Shown piece after piece: positions 25,204 through 35,922 of a DNA stretch of 53,692 bases. The DNA comes from Candidatus Calditenuaceae archaeon HR02 (GTDB lineage Archaea > Thermoproteota > Nitrososphaeria_A > Caldarchaeales > Calditenuaceae), in the NCBI GenBank assembly GCA_002898395.1, contig BEHE01000014.1, forward strand, positions 1 to 53,692. The letters run 5' to 3'. Position 1 is the stretch's first letter. Each line of letters starts with the position of its first letter. The notes under the pieces were generated by a model that saw only the letters and a list, made by a program, of their open reading frames with translations, searched no databases and was not told the DNA's origin. The position numbers and the translations under genes were made by a program.

Positions 25204-26580
25204 ATGGTCGCGAGAGTCCCTAGAGTTCTCACGGTAGCGGGCTCCGATTCCGGAGGCGGGGCAGGGATTCAGGCAGACCTCAAGACTATAGCTGCCCTGG
25301 GTGGGCATGGAATGTCAGCTATAACATCTCTCACAGCCCAAAACACTAAGGAGGTCACGAAGATAGTTGACCTTGACCCGGAATTCATAGCCGAGCAGAT
25401 CAGAGTGTGTGTAAGCGATATCGGCGTTGATGCGATTAAGACTGGAATGCTCCACACGTCAGATATTATTAGGACGGTCAGCCGGGAGTTGCGAGGACTT
25501 GATGTACCCAAAGTGGTTGACCCTGTGATGGTTGCTAAGAGTGGCGCCCAGCTCCTCCAACCCGCCGCTGTGGATGAGCTCAAAAAGAGCCTACTCCCAG
25601 TCTCCACCGTAATAACGCCAAATGCTAGTGAGGCAACAGTCCTAAGCGGTATAAGAATCAGGACGGAGGAGGACCAGAGGGAGGTGGCAAAGAATCTAGC
25701 AGAAGCGTACGGAATTCCAGCAGTTGTGGTGAAGGGCGGCCACCTACATGGCGAAAGAGTAATTGACATACTATACTATGAGGGCTCATACTATAGATAC
25801 GAGGTCCCGAGACTCGATACGAGAGCTACGCACGGCACAGGTTGTGTATTTGCATCAGCAGTAGCTACAGAGTTGGCGAAGGGCTCCACGATACCTGAGG
25901 CCGTCAAGACTGCTCAGAGATTCGTGTATGATGCAATTAAGGGCGGCTTCCTCATAGGTCAGGGGGCAGGACCAGTTAACCCAATGTCGTATGTAGCTAA
26001 GCGGGCTGGCCTCCTAGAGGCGTTGACTAACGTTCGCGAGGCGGTCAGGATGATAGAGGATGCTGAGGGGGGAGAAGAGCTAGCGCCCGAGTCTGGAATA
26101 AACATAGCAGAGGCCCCAGTTGGAGCCACCAATCGAGACGAGGTAGTGGCGGTCCCAGGGAGGATTATACGCGTATTTAACAGGCTAAAGGCCGCCTCAC
26201 ACCCATGGATGGGCGGCTCGAGACACGTGGCTGACACGGTCCTGACGATAGCCCAGTATGACCCCACCAAGAGGTCCGCCATGAACATCAAATACTCCGA
26301 GGAAATCCTCGCAGCTGCCCGCGAACTCGGACTTTCCATCAGCTCATATGACAGGTCCCAGGAGCCGCCAGAGATCAAGTATGTTGAGGGTATGACCATT
26401 AGATGGGGGGTTGCTAGGGCCTATGAGTCAGCCGGCAAAGTGACAGACATAATATTTCATCGGGGAGACTGGGGGAAGGAGCCGATGATAACGATAACGG
26501 GTAGGAATAGTATAGAAGTGGCGGAAAAGTTCCTCCTAATACTCCAGAAAAAGTTAGAGAAAGGTGGGGGAAAATCATAA
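25204..26580 (+). CDS. thiDN: Bifunctional HMP/HMP-P kinase and thiamine-phosphate synthase ThiDN
   Basis: AGSDSGGGAGIQADLKT, DPVMVAKSG, THGTGC, C-terminal ThiN (GGSRHVA, HRGDWGKEPMI). Confidence 0.93.
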   Translation: MVARVPRVLTVAGSDSGGGAGIQADLKTIAALGGHGMSAITSLTAQNTKEVTKIVDLDPEFIAEQIRVCVSDIGVDAIKTGMLHTSDIIRTVSRELRGLDVPKVVDPVMVAKSGAQLLQPAAVDELKKSLLPVSTVITPNASEATVLSGIRIRTEEDQREVAKNLAEAYGIPAVVVKGGHLHGERVIDILYYEGSYYRYEVPRLDTRATHGTGCVFASAVATELAKGSTIPEAVKTAQRFVYDAIKGGFLIGQGAGPVNPMSYVAKRAGLLEALTNVREAVRMIEDAEGGEELAPESGINIAEAPVGATNRDEVVAVPGRIIRVFNRLKAASHPWMGGSRHVADTVLTIAQYDPTKRSAMNIKYSEEILAAARELGLSISSYDRSQEPPEIKYVEGMTIRWGVARAYESAGKVTDIIFHRGDWGKEPMITITGRNSIEVAEKFLLILQKKLEKGGGKS

Positions 26581-26840
26581 AAACGGCTACTAAACACTGA
26601 AAACAATACTCGCTATTTAACTCAATAACAGTATGGTACAGGCCTCACTATTAAGACAAGGTCAGATAGACAAAAAGAATTGCAATTATATACCGTAAAA
26701 TCAAAAAATATGACATACGCGCTTATATCACTAATCAAGTGATAATAACTGTCCTTAAATACTAATGTGGGAGTATGAAATATAATTTCCTATATAAGTT
26801 GAGAAGTTTATAATGTCGAGGCTAAAATTATAGAACCAGT

Positions 26841-27968
26841 ATGAGGCATGAAGAACTAGTAGTTGTAGGGGGCGGGATAGTAGGATGCTTTACGGCCTAT
26901 TTTGCTGCAGAGAAGGGATTCAGAGTAGCACTCGTTGAGGCCGGACATCTGGGAAGTGGGTCTAGTGGAAAAAGCGCGGGAATCCACACCACACAGCTTG
27001 TACTCCCTATTGATATCCAGTTGTCTAAGAGGAGTCAAGAGATTTATAGGAACGTTGCCACCGAGTCTGTATCGAAGGTAGGGTTTCTCTCAATAGAGCC
27101 TTACTGGATGTCCAAATACTCTAAGAAGCTCCTAGATGGCGCCGATGTAAGATATAGGGTCTTGAGTAATGGAGAGTTGGCAGACTGGGTGAGGTGGATG
27201 AGGATAAGAGACTATGAGGTTGGGCTATACACCCCCGATGACATTGTGGTTGATGTGTCTGGCCTCTTCTCCATACTGAGAGAGCGGCTGAGCGGATTAG
27301 GTGTCAGGGTCTATGAGTGGTGGCAAATTACCAATCTAGACGCGGGGCAGAGAGTCATCAACTTGGAAAGGGATAGGCTCTCTTTTGACTACGCAGTATT
27401 AGCCGGAGGCGCGTGGAACAGGGATCTACTTGCTAAGAGTGGGGTATGGCGGGTGCCGACCCTGGTCTATGCATGCCAAGTACTATCGTTCAACGTCGAT
27501 GGCAACGTGTTCGACGTTCCCGTATTCATCGAGGAGAACCACGTCTATATGAGACGATTTGGACAGAGTTCGCTACTAGTGGGTAATGGATTCGCTCTAA
27601 AGCTCAAGTCACCCTCGGACTGCCCCCCACATCCTGTGAGGGAGTTCATAGATGAGCTTGGGCAAAAACTGCTGGACAGGTTGAAGCATCCCGAGAATTA
27701 CCGCCTGACAGGTGGGTGGACCGGTGTATGTAGCTCAACACCGGATGGGCGCCCACTAGTGGGTCAGGTTCCAGGCAACCCATACTTATTCATTATTGAT
27801 GGACTTGATGGCTACGGGATAATGAGGGGCCCAGCTCTGAGCCAAGACCTAATAGAATATATCTCCACTGGGAAGGCCCCGGCCACTATTGAAGCTTTCA
27901 CCCCAGCGAGGTTTACGAATTTTGCGGGAGAGCCAGAGGAGGTCATCGAGCTGCATTCATGGCTTTGA
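26841..27968 (+). CDS. FAD-dependent oxidoreductase (DAO/sarcosine oxidase beta family)
   Basis: VVGGGIVG, GSSGKSAG, TPDGRPLVG, GYGIMRGP. Confidence 0.88.
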   Translation: MRHEELVVVGGGIVGCFTAYFAAEKGFRVALVEAGHLGSGSSGKSAGIHTTQLVLPIDIQLSKRSQEIYRNVATESVSKVGFLSIEPYWMSKYSKKLLDGADVRYRVLSNGELADWVRWMRIRDYEVGLYTPDDIVVDVSGLFSILRERLSGLGVRVYEWWQITNLDAGQRVINLERDRLSFDYAVLAGGAWNRDLLAKSGVWRVPTLVYACQVLSFNVDGNVFDVPVFIEENHVYMRRFGQSSLLVGNGFALKLKSPSDCPPHPVREFIDELGQKLLDRLKHPENYRLTGGWTGVCSSTPDGRPLVGQVPGNPYLFIIDGLDGYGIMRGPALSQDLIEYISTGKAPATIEAFTPARFTNFAGEPEEVIELHSWL

Positions 27969-28178
27969 TGTCTCCCTCTTCGCCGCCCTAGAAATTTTCA
28001 AATGTGCTATCACATGCCTCGCCTCCTCGGCCGAGCTGGCATAAGCCACTACAAGCTCCTGCTTTAGACTTGACACATTTCCGCAACTAAAGCATCTGAA
28101 AGTTTTCTGCACCCCACTTACAACCCTATAGCCACCGCACCTCGAGCAAACAACTACCAGATACCTAACCATCACCAC
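27957..28178 (-). CDS. Small zinc-ribbon protein (DUF1922-like)
   Basis: YLVVVCSRCG...KTFRCFSCG...AEEAR. Confidence 0.7.
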   Translation of the reverse strand: MVMVRYLVVVCSRCGGYRVVSGVQKTFRCFSCGNVSSLKQELVVAYASSAEEARHVIAHLKISRAAKRETSKP

Positions 28179-28241
28179 AGATGTGGAGAGGATAACTAAT
28201 TAATAACTAGTGCTTTACGAAAGCTAGGCATGGTGTAAGTT

Positions 28242-30248
28242 ATGAGTGTTACGCCTGCCAGAGAGAATTTCGTACTGATGCCTGAAGGGACTGATATTAT
28301 CATGTATATTGTCCTAGCACCATTCGCCGCGGTTTTTCTCTATGGCCTGTATCTTAGGCTGGGCAGCTATGATTTGAGGCTTCTCTGGATGGTCTTCAAG
28401 AGTAGTCCCGGAGGGTTCATAAGGTCTATTATAGAGTTTGCGTGGGCTCAGCGACGTATCCTCCGTGACGCCCGGGCTGGGATAATGCACCTGCTGATAT
28501 CCTATGGCATCCTAGTGCTCTTCATCGGGACAACCCTAGTATTCGTCGATCACGATATTTTGCGGCCGCTCAAGGCGCGTCTCTTAGTGGGAGACTTCTA
28601 CTTAGTTTTTGAGATTCTACTAGATGCATTCGGCCTACTCCTCATAGCGGGCCTAGCATATGCATTGCTCAGGAGGACAGTCACAAGGCCCAGCCGCCTC
28701 AGCTACAGAAGAGAGTATTTGGCAATACTCTGGCTGCTCCTATTCATAGGCGTGACAGGCTTCGTCCTGGAGGGGATTAGAATCTATCTCCGAAGCCCGC
28801 CTTGGAGCATCTACTCACCGGTAGGGGCATTGCTGGCCGCGGCTATGGGTGGTCTGAATGTTGGGGGCGATGTTATGATGGCTACGTATAGGGCTCTCTG
28901 GTGGGTCCACGCCGTGGCGTCTTTCGCCGGAGTGGCGGCCCTGCCGTTCACCAACCTACTCCACATACTGGCAGCCTCGCTTAACGTGGCTGCGAATAAG
29001 CAACACGCAAGGACCCCAGGCCTGATAGAGACACCCTTCATACTAAGCAAGCTCGACCTAGAAGCGGCTCTACCCCCCATAGGCATCAGCAGCATCAACG
29101 ACTTTAAGCCGCGCCAGATACTGCAGATCGACGCCTGCACAGACTGTGGCCGGTGTGATGAAGTATGCCCAGCCCTCATCGCGGGTACACCCCTCTCCCC
29201 CCGAATGATTGTGCAGAAGCTGAGGAGGGTGTGGTGGGAGAGAAGGGGTGATGACCTATTCGACTCCGGCGTCTTCACTCTGGAGGAGGTCTACGCCTGC
29301 ACAACATGTGGGGCCTGTGAATACGCCTGCCCTGCCCTGATAAGCCCCATGGAACTAATAGTCGAGCTGAGGAGGGCCCTAGCCCTCCGGGGGATCGTCA
29401 CTAGAAAGGGTGTAGAGACTCTGTCAAACTTGGCTAGAGCTAGAAACCCGCTTGGGCTGGGCCAGGGTGAGAGGATTAAGCTCCTCGAGGAGCTTGCCCA
29501 AATAGGGGTTAGGAAGGTTGAGGATGAGGAGTCGGTTGAGACGATTTACTGGATTGGATGCATGGGGGCTTATGACCCTAGGGCGAGAGAGGTTGTTAAG
29601 CAGATAGCGTCTCTTCTGGCCTCAGCGGGTGTTAAGTTTGCGGTGATGTGTAGCGAGGAGGTGTGTAATGGCGACCCGGCGAGGAGGTTGGGAGAGGAGG
29701 GGAGGTATCAGGAACTGGCCGAGGAGGTGATAAACCTGATGAAGTCCAAAGGGGTTAAGGAGGTTATCACCCACTGCCCACACTGCTTCGACATATTCTC
29801 GAGACAGTACAGGGACCTAGGCGCGGAGTTTAAAGTAGTAAGCCATATACAGCTGTTGCAAAGGCTTGTTAGGGAGGGGAAGCTCAAGCCAGCCGCAGCG
29901 GAGCCCCTAACCATACACGACTCATGCATCTTCTCGAGGATGCACGGGCTCGTAGAGGAGCCGAGAGAGGTGCTTAGTGGCTCTGATGTGAGGGAGCCGA
30001 GGAGGGGCGGTAGGATGACCATGTGCTGCGGGGCAGGTGGCGGGAACTACTGGCTCGATATTAAGCGTGTTAAACGTGAAAACCTACTTAGGCTTGAGGA
30101 GCTGATGGAGACGGGAGCGACTACAGTGGTGACAGAGTGTCCCTTCTGCCTAGCCATGCTCGAGGACGCTAGGAGGGTTCTGGGGGTGGAGGACCGTATA
30201 AGCGTCAAGGACATCTCGGAGCTTCTCAGACCGGCGGGTAAGGGTTGA
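28242..30248 (+). CDS. Membrane-bound heterodisulfide reductase-like Fe-S oxidoreductase (FadF/HdrF-like)
   Basis: Cytochrome-b-like TM region with His ligands, two CxxCxxCxxxCP motifs, two CCG domains. Confidence 0.88.
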   Translation: MSVTPARENFVLMPEGTDIIMYIVLAPFAAVFLYGLYLRLGSYDLRLLWMVFKSSPGGFIRSIIEFAWAQRRILRDARAGIMHLLISYGILVLFIGTTLVFVDHDILRPLKARLLVGDFYLVFEILLDAFGLLLIAGLAYALLRRTVTRPSRLSYRREYLAILWLLLFIGVTGFVLEGIRIYLRSPPWSIYSPVGALLAAAMGGLNVGGDVMMATYRALWWVHAVASFAGVAALPFTNLLHILAASLNVAANKQHARTPGLIETPFILSKLDLEAALPPIGISSINDFKPRQILQIDACTDCGRCDEVCPALIAGTPLSPRMIVQKLRRVWWERRGDDLFDSGVFTLEEVYACTTCGACEYACPALISPMELIVELRRALALRGIVTRKGVETLSNLARARNPLGLGQGERIKLLEELAQIGVRKVEDEESVETIYWIGCMGAYDPRAREVVKQIASLLASAGVKFAVMCSEEVCNGDPARRLGEEGRYQELAEEVINLMKSKGVKEVITHCPHCFDIFSRQYRDLGAEFKVVSHIQLLQRLVREGKLKPAAAEPLTIHDSCIFSRMHGLVEEPREVLSGSDVREPRRGGRMTMCCGAGGGNYWLDIKRVKRENLLRLEELMETGATTVVTECPFCLAMLEDARRVLGVEDRISVKDISELLRPAGKG

Positions 30249-30961
30249 GTCTGAGGGAGCAGAAGCATAGGATACGTGAACAAGTCTGGGCCCTGCTCGT
30301 CAGAGAAAAGGTAGCGAGGCCTCCATTCCCCATCCGTGGACGCATCCCAAACTTCGTAGGAGCAGAGAAGGCAGCTGAAAACCTACTCCAACTCGGCCCA
30401 TTCAGATCGGCGCGGACCGTGAAGGTGAGTCCAGACTCCCCCCAACGCCCCGTTAGAGAGCTATGCCTCAGGCTGGGGAAAAAGCTGGTCATGCCAACGC
30501 CACGGCTCCGCGAGGGGTTTCTTCTGCTCGAGCCGTCTAAAATCTCTGAGCACAACTATAGGCACGCATCAACGATTAGGGGAGGGTATACATTTGGTGA
30601 GAAGGTGGAGCCAGAGAGCCTCGACATTATCGATTTTATAGTGGTGGGGTCTGTGGCCGTATCGCGCGGTGGAGCCCGCGTAGGGAAGGGTGAGGGCTAC
30701 TCTGAGATTGAATACGCCCTGTTGAGAATGTTGGGCAGAGTCTCCGAAGATACACCAGTCACAACAACGGTCCACCCCCTACAGATCGTCGGCGAGATCC
30801 CTGTAGAGGAGTTCGACGTCCCAGTCGACTACATAGTTACTGAGTTGGGTGTAGTTGTGACTAATACGATGTTTTCCAGGCCGAGGGGGATTATTTGGCG
30901 TCTACTCAGTAATGAGAAGATGGGGGAGATACCGCTGCTCAGGAGGTTTAAGCAAACCTAA
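30245..30961 (+). CDS. 5-formyltetrahydrofolate cyclo-ligase family (MTHFSD-like)
   Basis: GRIPNFVGA, PDSPQ, PTPRLR, GARVGKGEGYSEIEY. Confidence 0.88.
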   Translation: MSLREQKHRIREQVWALLVREKVARPPFPIRGRIPNFVGAEKAAENLLQLGPFRSARTVKVSPDSPQRPVRELCLRLGKKLVMPTPRLREGFLLLEPSKISEHNYRHASTIRGGYTFGEKVEPESLDIIDFIVVGSVAVSRGGARVGKGEGYSEIEYALLRMLGRVSEDTPVTTTVHPLQIVGEIPVEEFDVPVDYIVTELGVVVTNTMFSRPRGIIWRLLSNEKMGEIPLLRRFKQT

Positions 30962-31017
30962 CCCCGTCATGATCGGTTAAACATTTATAGGATCGACTAT
31001 GTGTAATAGCCAGACTC

Positions 31018-31353
31018 ATGACAACACTTATTACATCCATTATAGACCCGCTTCTAATCCTAATCATTATGCTTGCATCTCTGATCCTCCCGGCCATCCT
31101 GCTCAGGAGAGAGAGGGAGGAGATGGAGGCCGTCCCGAGGAACTACATAGAAGAGCTATGGGATTTCCTAAGGGGTGTCAAGAGGGGTAAGCCGGTAGAA
31201 GCCGCCGAAACTCTTTTTGAGGCGTGTACCTCCCTAGGGTTGGTCGAAGGCATTCGCGCCCGTGTTTGGAGAAGTCTCTTGACAGGCCCACCATCTAAGT
31301 TCATCCCAGCCAGCATATACAGGTGGATACTTAGCCGTTTGATCAGCTCGTAG
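31018..31353 (+). CDS. Hypothetical membrane protein
   Basis: N-terminal TM helix; first gene of the MoxR cluster. Confidence 0.6.
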   Translation: MTTLITSIIDPLLILIIMLASLILPAILLRREREEMEAVPRNYIEELWDFLRGVKRGKPVEAAETLFEACTSLGLVEGIRARVWRSLLTGPPSKFIPASIYRWILSRLISS

Positions 31354-31368
31354 GGTGGTGAGAAGGGA

Positions 31369-32322
31369 TTGTCGAAGCTCTCTTGGATTAAGGACTTGTC
31401 TGAAAGGGTGAGAGCGGAGATACACAGGTCAATAGTTGGAATGGATGTTGCGATTGACTCCCTGCTTATCTCCCTCCTCGTCCAAGGGCATGTCTTGATC
31501 GAGGGGGTGCCAGGACTCGCCAAGACCTATCTCGCAAAGGCCTTCGCCAACACCCTGACACTCTCCTTCAAGAGGATCCAGTTCACCAACGACCTACTAC
31601 CAAGCGACATAGTAGGAGGAATGATATTCGACCGGCGCACAGGGGAGTTCCTGTTTAGGCCCGGCCCCATCTTCGCGAACATAGTTCTCGCAGACGAAAT
31701 CAACCGCGGGGCACCGAGGACCCAGTCAGCACTCCTCGAGGCTATGCAGGAGTTCCAAGTCACGGTCGAGGGGAAGACATATCCTCTCCCAAGGCCATTC
31801 ATGGTCATAGCAACGCAGAATCCTATAGAGCTGGAGGGTACCTATCCGCTACCCGAGGCTGAGCTCGACCGATTCCTAATCCGCGTCCTCGTGAACTATC
31901 CATCGCGTGATGAGGAGATTGAGATACTCAGGCTTAAGAATAGGCATGGCGAGGAACTCGACGTTAACCCTGTTGCTGGTTCTGAAAAAGTCCTTGAGGC
32001 GATCCAGGCTGTGAAGAATGTCTACATACACGACGATATTCTTGGATACATTGTAGACATTGTTAGAGAGTCGAGGAGCATGCCCGACGTTGTTATGGGC
32101 GGTAGCACGCGGGCGGAGACGGCCCTACTATATGGCTCTAAGGCATACGCAGCAATAAGAGGAAGAGACTACGTGATACCCGATGATGTGAAGTATGTGG
32201 CACCGCTCATACTGAATCACAGAATACTGTTGAGGAGGCGGACAACGTCCCTGGGCAGAGGGGAGCAAGAGACTATGCTTGTGGCGAGGAAGGTGCTTGA
32301 GAGGGTGGAGGCACCAAAATAA
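31369..32322 (+). CDS. moxR: MoxR-family AAA+ ATPase
   Basis: GVPGLAKT, RIQFT.DLLPSD, ADEINR, ATQNPIE.EGTYPLPEA.LDRF. Confidence 0.95.
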   Translation: MSKLSWIKDLSERVRAEIHRSIVGMDVAIDSLLISLLVQGHVLIEGVPGLAKTYLAKAFANTLTLSFKRIQFTNDLLPSDIVGGMIFDRRTGEFLFRPGPIFANIVLADEINRGAPRTQSALLEAMQEFQVTVEGKTYPLPRPFMVIATQNPIELEGTYPLPEAELDRFLIRVLVNYPSRDEEIEILRLKNRHGEELDVNPVAGSEKVLEAIQAVKNVYIHDDILGYIVDIVRESRSMPDVVMGGSTRAETALLYGSKAYAAIRGRDYVIPDDVKYVAPLILNHRILLRRRTTSLGRGEQETMLVARKVLERVEAPK

Positions 32323-33638
32323 TGCTCACAAGGGAGGCGGCCCTACTTCTAATAAGCCTCTCCGGATGGACGTTATTCATTTCAGCACTACTCTATCAGC
32401 CTTTCATATTCCTAGCCTCCTTTTTTCTTCAGACATTCTTCACCATATACATCCTCCTAGCGGATAGAAGACTCCGAAAGATCAGTATCGAGGGCTTCAA
32501 AGTAGAGCGAACGGCTGAGCCCCAGAGAATAGGTGACAAGACCCTTCTGAAGGTCATTTTGCACGTAAGGTTTGACAGTGAGTCGCAGTTATTCGTGCGG
32601 GTGATAGACAAGCCGCCGTACGGTACAAGGGTTGTTGGGCAGCAGTCAAACTCGGAAGGCATCGTGGGCGCTGGCGAGAGTATCGAATCATCATATACAC
32701 TTGAAATCGATTCATCCATCGGTCTTGCAAGGTTTAGGAAAGTGATTCTGCTAATACACGACCCATTGAAACTCTGCTACGTCGCTAGGGAGTTAGAGGT
32801 CGCATCTGACATCATCGTTCCGGTCGGCGAGCAGCTAGTCGGAGCTGCCTACACAAAGCTGTCCGCAGGTTGGATTAGGCCGCCTATGGGTCTGGGCTAT
32901 CGGGGGCTCGTGGGCTACGACGATGAGTTCTCAGGCACTAAGCCCTACGAGTTGGGTGACAGAATAAGGGATATCCACTGGATGAGATATGCCCAGCAAG
33001 TCGATGATGAAGGATTAGTTGCGAAAAAGTATGTCAAGAGAGGGGAAGTCACCCTCCACATAGTCATCGACTGCTCCTCTTCAATCAACACAGGAGACAA
33101 TGCGGCCCTCCTCACCGACATCTCTATCCTAATACGGCGGCTCTGCCAGACTGCTGAGGAGGAGGGGAATCCGGTACAGTTTTGGTTGATAAATCCACTG
33201 CTTAGCCATGATGAGAAGATCTCTCCCCGACGCGTATTTTCAAGGGTGGCTCTGGAACAATACATAGCTAGGGTTTTCCCCTCTAATGGGCGTGACGACG
33301 GGAAAATTGTCGAGGAATTCCTAAAAACACTCGGTAGCTCAAGCATAGTTATCTTTGTGGTCAATCCACCATCACAAAACACCGGCATCGTTGAGGCCAT
33401 GATTAACGCGTGTAGAATAGTTGGTGCTAGATACATTATATGCATGCCAGATGTATCCAGCTATATCTCGGGCCTAGACGGTGAGGCTAGCCGACTGCTG
33501 CAGCTGGACCGACTCTATAAGGATAAGTGGTTGTCAAGGTTTTCCGAGCCAGGCACAGTCATTGAGATAGGCAAGGGATACGCGGTAGACCTGGCCAAAG
33601 AGGCTATGCGGAGGGGTGTTGATTGGGGACGCGACTAG
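32322..33638 (+). CDS. DUF58 (vWA-like) protein
   Basis: EFSGTKPYELGDRIRDIHW, IVIDCSSS; coupled to moxR. Confidence 0.85.
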   Translation: MLTREAALLLISLSGWTLFISALLYQPFIFLASFFLQTFFTIYILLADRRLRKISIEGFKVERTAEPQRIGDKTLLKVILHVRFDSESQLFVRVIDKPPYGTRVVGQQSNSEGIVGAGESIESSYTLEIDSSIGLARFRKVILLIHDPLKLCYVARELEVASDIIVPVGEQLVGAAYTKLSAGWIRPPMGLGYRGLVGYDDEFSGTKPYELGDRIRDIHWMRYAQQVDDEGLVAKKYVKRGEVTLHIVIDCSSSINTGDNAALLTDISILIRRLCQTAEEEGNPVQFWLINPLLSHDEKISPRRVFSRVALEQYIARVFPSNGRDDGKIVEEFLKTLGSSSIVIFVVNPPSQNTGIVEAMINACRIVGARYIICMPDVSSYISGLDGEASRLLQLDRLYKDKWLSRFSEPGTVIEIGKGYAVDLAKEAMRRGVDWGRD

Positions 33639-34333
33639 CAGACAGAGTCTTACTTGCAGCGGCCCTCCTCACACCCCTGCTTATGAGCATAGACTTTCTA
33701 GCCCAGATCGTGCTGACACCTTTCCTAGTTCTGGGCTGCATCTCGCTTCTCTCAACCTATCTTCCGGCGAGGTACCAAAATGTTGTGATTCCGCTAATAT
33801 ATCTGCCAGCAATCACGAGCCTCGTGATTCTGGTGTTAGATAGGAGGCCACACTTTCTCATAGACTTAGCAGGCGGATACTTGATAAGCATACCATTCAT
33901 AGCCATGATAGGCCTGGCCAAGAGCGCAAGCCTCAGAGCATTAGTGCTAAGTTATATTGCAAGCCTGACAAGTACCTACTTCATCTGGTCAATAGCGGCT
34001 CAAGCAAGAGAAGGGGGCGGCCACCTATTCCTCTCCTTAGTCAACATGTTCGTGAACAGACGGGCGTGGGAGAAGATTCAGCCACCCCAGTATTTCGCAG
34101 CTCTCGCCGCGCTATCGTCCATTGCACTAGTCGTCTACCTTTGGAGGGTCTATGGCTCCACGCTGGTTCGCGAGAAGGGGGATGTCTTCATCTACTCAGC
34201 CGCAGCGGCAAGCTTGGTCGTAGCCCTTACAGTCCTCTACTCGCTGGCATACACAGACTCTGTTGCCTTGGGACTGATAATTGCAGCAACGCTAACCATA
34301 GCAGCTACATTGCGGGCTGGTGTTAAAAAGTGA
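33623..34333 (+). CDS. Hypothetical polytopic membrane protein
   Basis: Multiple hydrophobic helices; overlaps both neighbours. Confidence 0.7.
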   Translation: MGTRLADRVLLAAALLTPLLMSIDFLAQIVLTPFLVLGCISLLSTYLPARYQNVVIPLIYLPAITSLVILVLDRRPHFLIDLAGGYLISIPFIAMIGLAKSASLRALVLSYIASLTSTYFIWSIAAQAREGGGHLFLSLVNMFVNRRAWEKIQPPQYFAALAALSSIALVVYLWRVYGSTLVREKGDVFIYSAAAASLVVALTVLYSLAYTDSVALGLIIAATLTIAATLRAGVKK

Positions 34334-35919
34334 TAGAGAAGAGCTTAGCCTCTCTAGTGTTGGTCATAGCAATTCTTGCGGTGCATCAGCCGACAGTTCA
34401 GTCGCAGGAACAGGAAGATGGGTTCTTGCTGATCGGCTACGGAGGCGAGAAGTTTCTACCATTCCTCGACGGTGCAAGATACAGATTTGTGGTTGGAGAG
34501 GGGCTGGTGTTGAAAGCAATAGGACATGACGTCTCCGTGATATTGACGACAAACTGGGGTGAGGAGCATGCCTTCCACGTAGGGGCCGGAGAGGCAGTAG
34601 AGATCTGGAGATTTAGAGGTGAGGATGTGGGGACCGCGGCTTTGACTGTGATAGGTGGGGGGAGGGCTACAATTGAGGTGCTCAGCCTAGAGGAGTCTGC
34701 TCTGGGTTGGATTGATTTCCAGCCGGCTGGGTTCATGCCCGCAGACTCTGACGGCCAAGAGGTCTTGGAGGCGAGGATAGTTGGATCAACTCTCTCAGGC
34801 TTCGCGATAACAGGAGAGGGGGGCGGTGCTCGGAAAATATTCATCAGGCCAAACTCCACCCTACATCTCCAAATCCCACCCAACGCGTTGAGCGTAAAGA
34901 TCGCGCTCCGGCACTACGACTCAATTGAATTGAGCGGCTATAGCGGTCGACTCCACATACTGTATAGGGCTGAGCCAATAGTAGCTGAATACAGGTTTGA
35001 AGGGACTGGGGAGGACCTACCAATGCGCGTTGTTGACGTGTATATCCCACCCCTAGGAGAGACGGGTGAGAATGGACTTGTTCCTCTTAGATATGGCACA
35101 CTGGTGGTTAACCTAGTGTACACTGGGCGTGGAGGCGGGAGGTTTGAGCAGAGTTTCGAGGTGACGGTGTCACCCATTGCCGAGGAGCCGCCACCAGTTA
35201 GCTCGTCCACGACCATAGTCCTCAGAGACCTTTTACGCAACGGCTTAGAGGTGGTCACTGCAAATCTCACCACTGGAAGATTCGAGCGGCGCATAATTCG
35301 CGTCCCTGATTATCGAGTCAGGGTCTACGACAGCCACCTCAGAGTGTGGGTTGAGGACTATTCCATAAGCCTCCCCGGATATCTCTCTCTGAGGAATGGG
35401 TCCGAATCGGTTATCATTCCTAAGACTATCTCGATAATCGAAGGGGGGTACACGCCCATCATCAGTGTCAGACCTTCGCTCAAGGTTTACTCGGTGGACG
35501 TCAGCGAGTCTATCGGCCCCCTAACGCTGGAGGCTGGCAAGCCGGTGACAATTTACGTGGATGGAAGGCTTGTTGAGGTCGAGGTGAGACATGCGGCAGG
35601 GTTTATCATTCAAGATTCACAAATCTACATCAATGACTCGCTCAGAGGAGTTGGTGGTAGATTAAGCCTAAGGCTACCAGGTGGGATTTACAACTTCTCG
35701 GCAGAGACACCTTTTGGGAAGGTCTACTCAACTGTAGACGTTAGAGACGTGGCGCATGTTGTCTTAGTAGTTAGAGGATATACGGCAGAGACGCTCGCAC
35801 TAATAACTGTCTTCCTCATCCAGCTATCAATCTTTGCGATATACTTCTGGAGGTGGTACCGGCGGGTTAGGCTTAGAGGCGGCGGGGCGTCAGGTGTGGA
35901 AGCACCCTATAAGAAGTAA
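34330..35919 (+). CDS. Hypothetical secreted, C-terminally anchored protein
   Basis: Signal peptide, beta-rich body, C-terminal TM helix plus basic tail. Confidence 0.7.
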   Translation: MIEKSLASLVLVIAILAVHQPTVQSQEQEDGFLLIGYGGEKFLPFLDGARYRFVVGEGLVLKAIGHDVSVILTTNWGEEHAFHVGAGEAVEIWRFRGEDVGTAALTVIGGGRATIEVLSLEESALGWIDFQPAGFMPADSDGQEVLEARIVGSTLSGFAITGEGGGARKIFIRPNSTLHLQIPPNALSVKIALRHYDSIELSGYSGRLHILYRAEPIVAEYRFEGTGEDLPMRVVDVYIPPLGETGENGLVPLRYGTLVVNLVYTGRGGGRFEQSFEVTVSPIAEEPPPVSSSTTIVLRDLLRNGLEVVTANLTTGRFERRIIRVPDYRVRVYDSHLRVWVEDYSISLPGYLSLRNGSESVIIPKTISIIEGGYTPIISVRPSLKVYSVDVSESIGPLTLEAGKPVTIYVDGRLVEVEVRHAAGFIIQDSQIYINDSLRGVGGRLSLRLPGGIYNFSAETPFGKVYSTVDVRDVAHVVLVVRGYTAETLALITVFLIQLSIFAIYFWRWYRRVRLRGGGASGVEAPYKK

Positions 35920-35922
35920 TAT

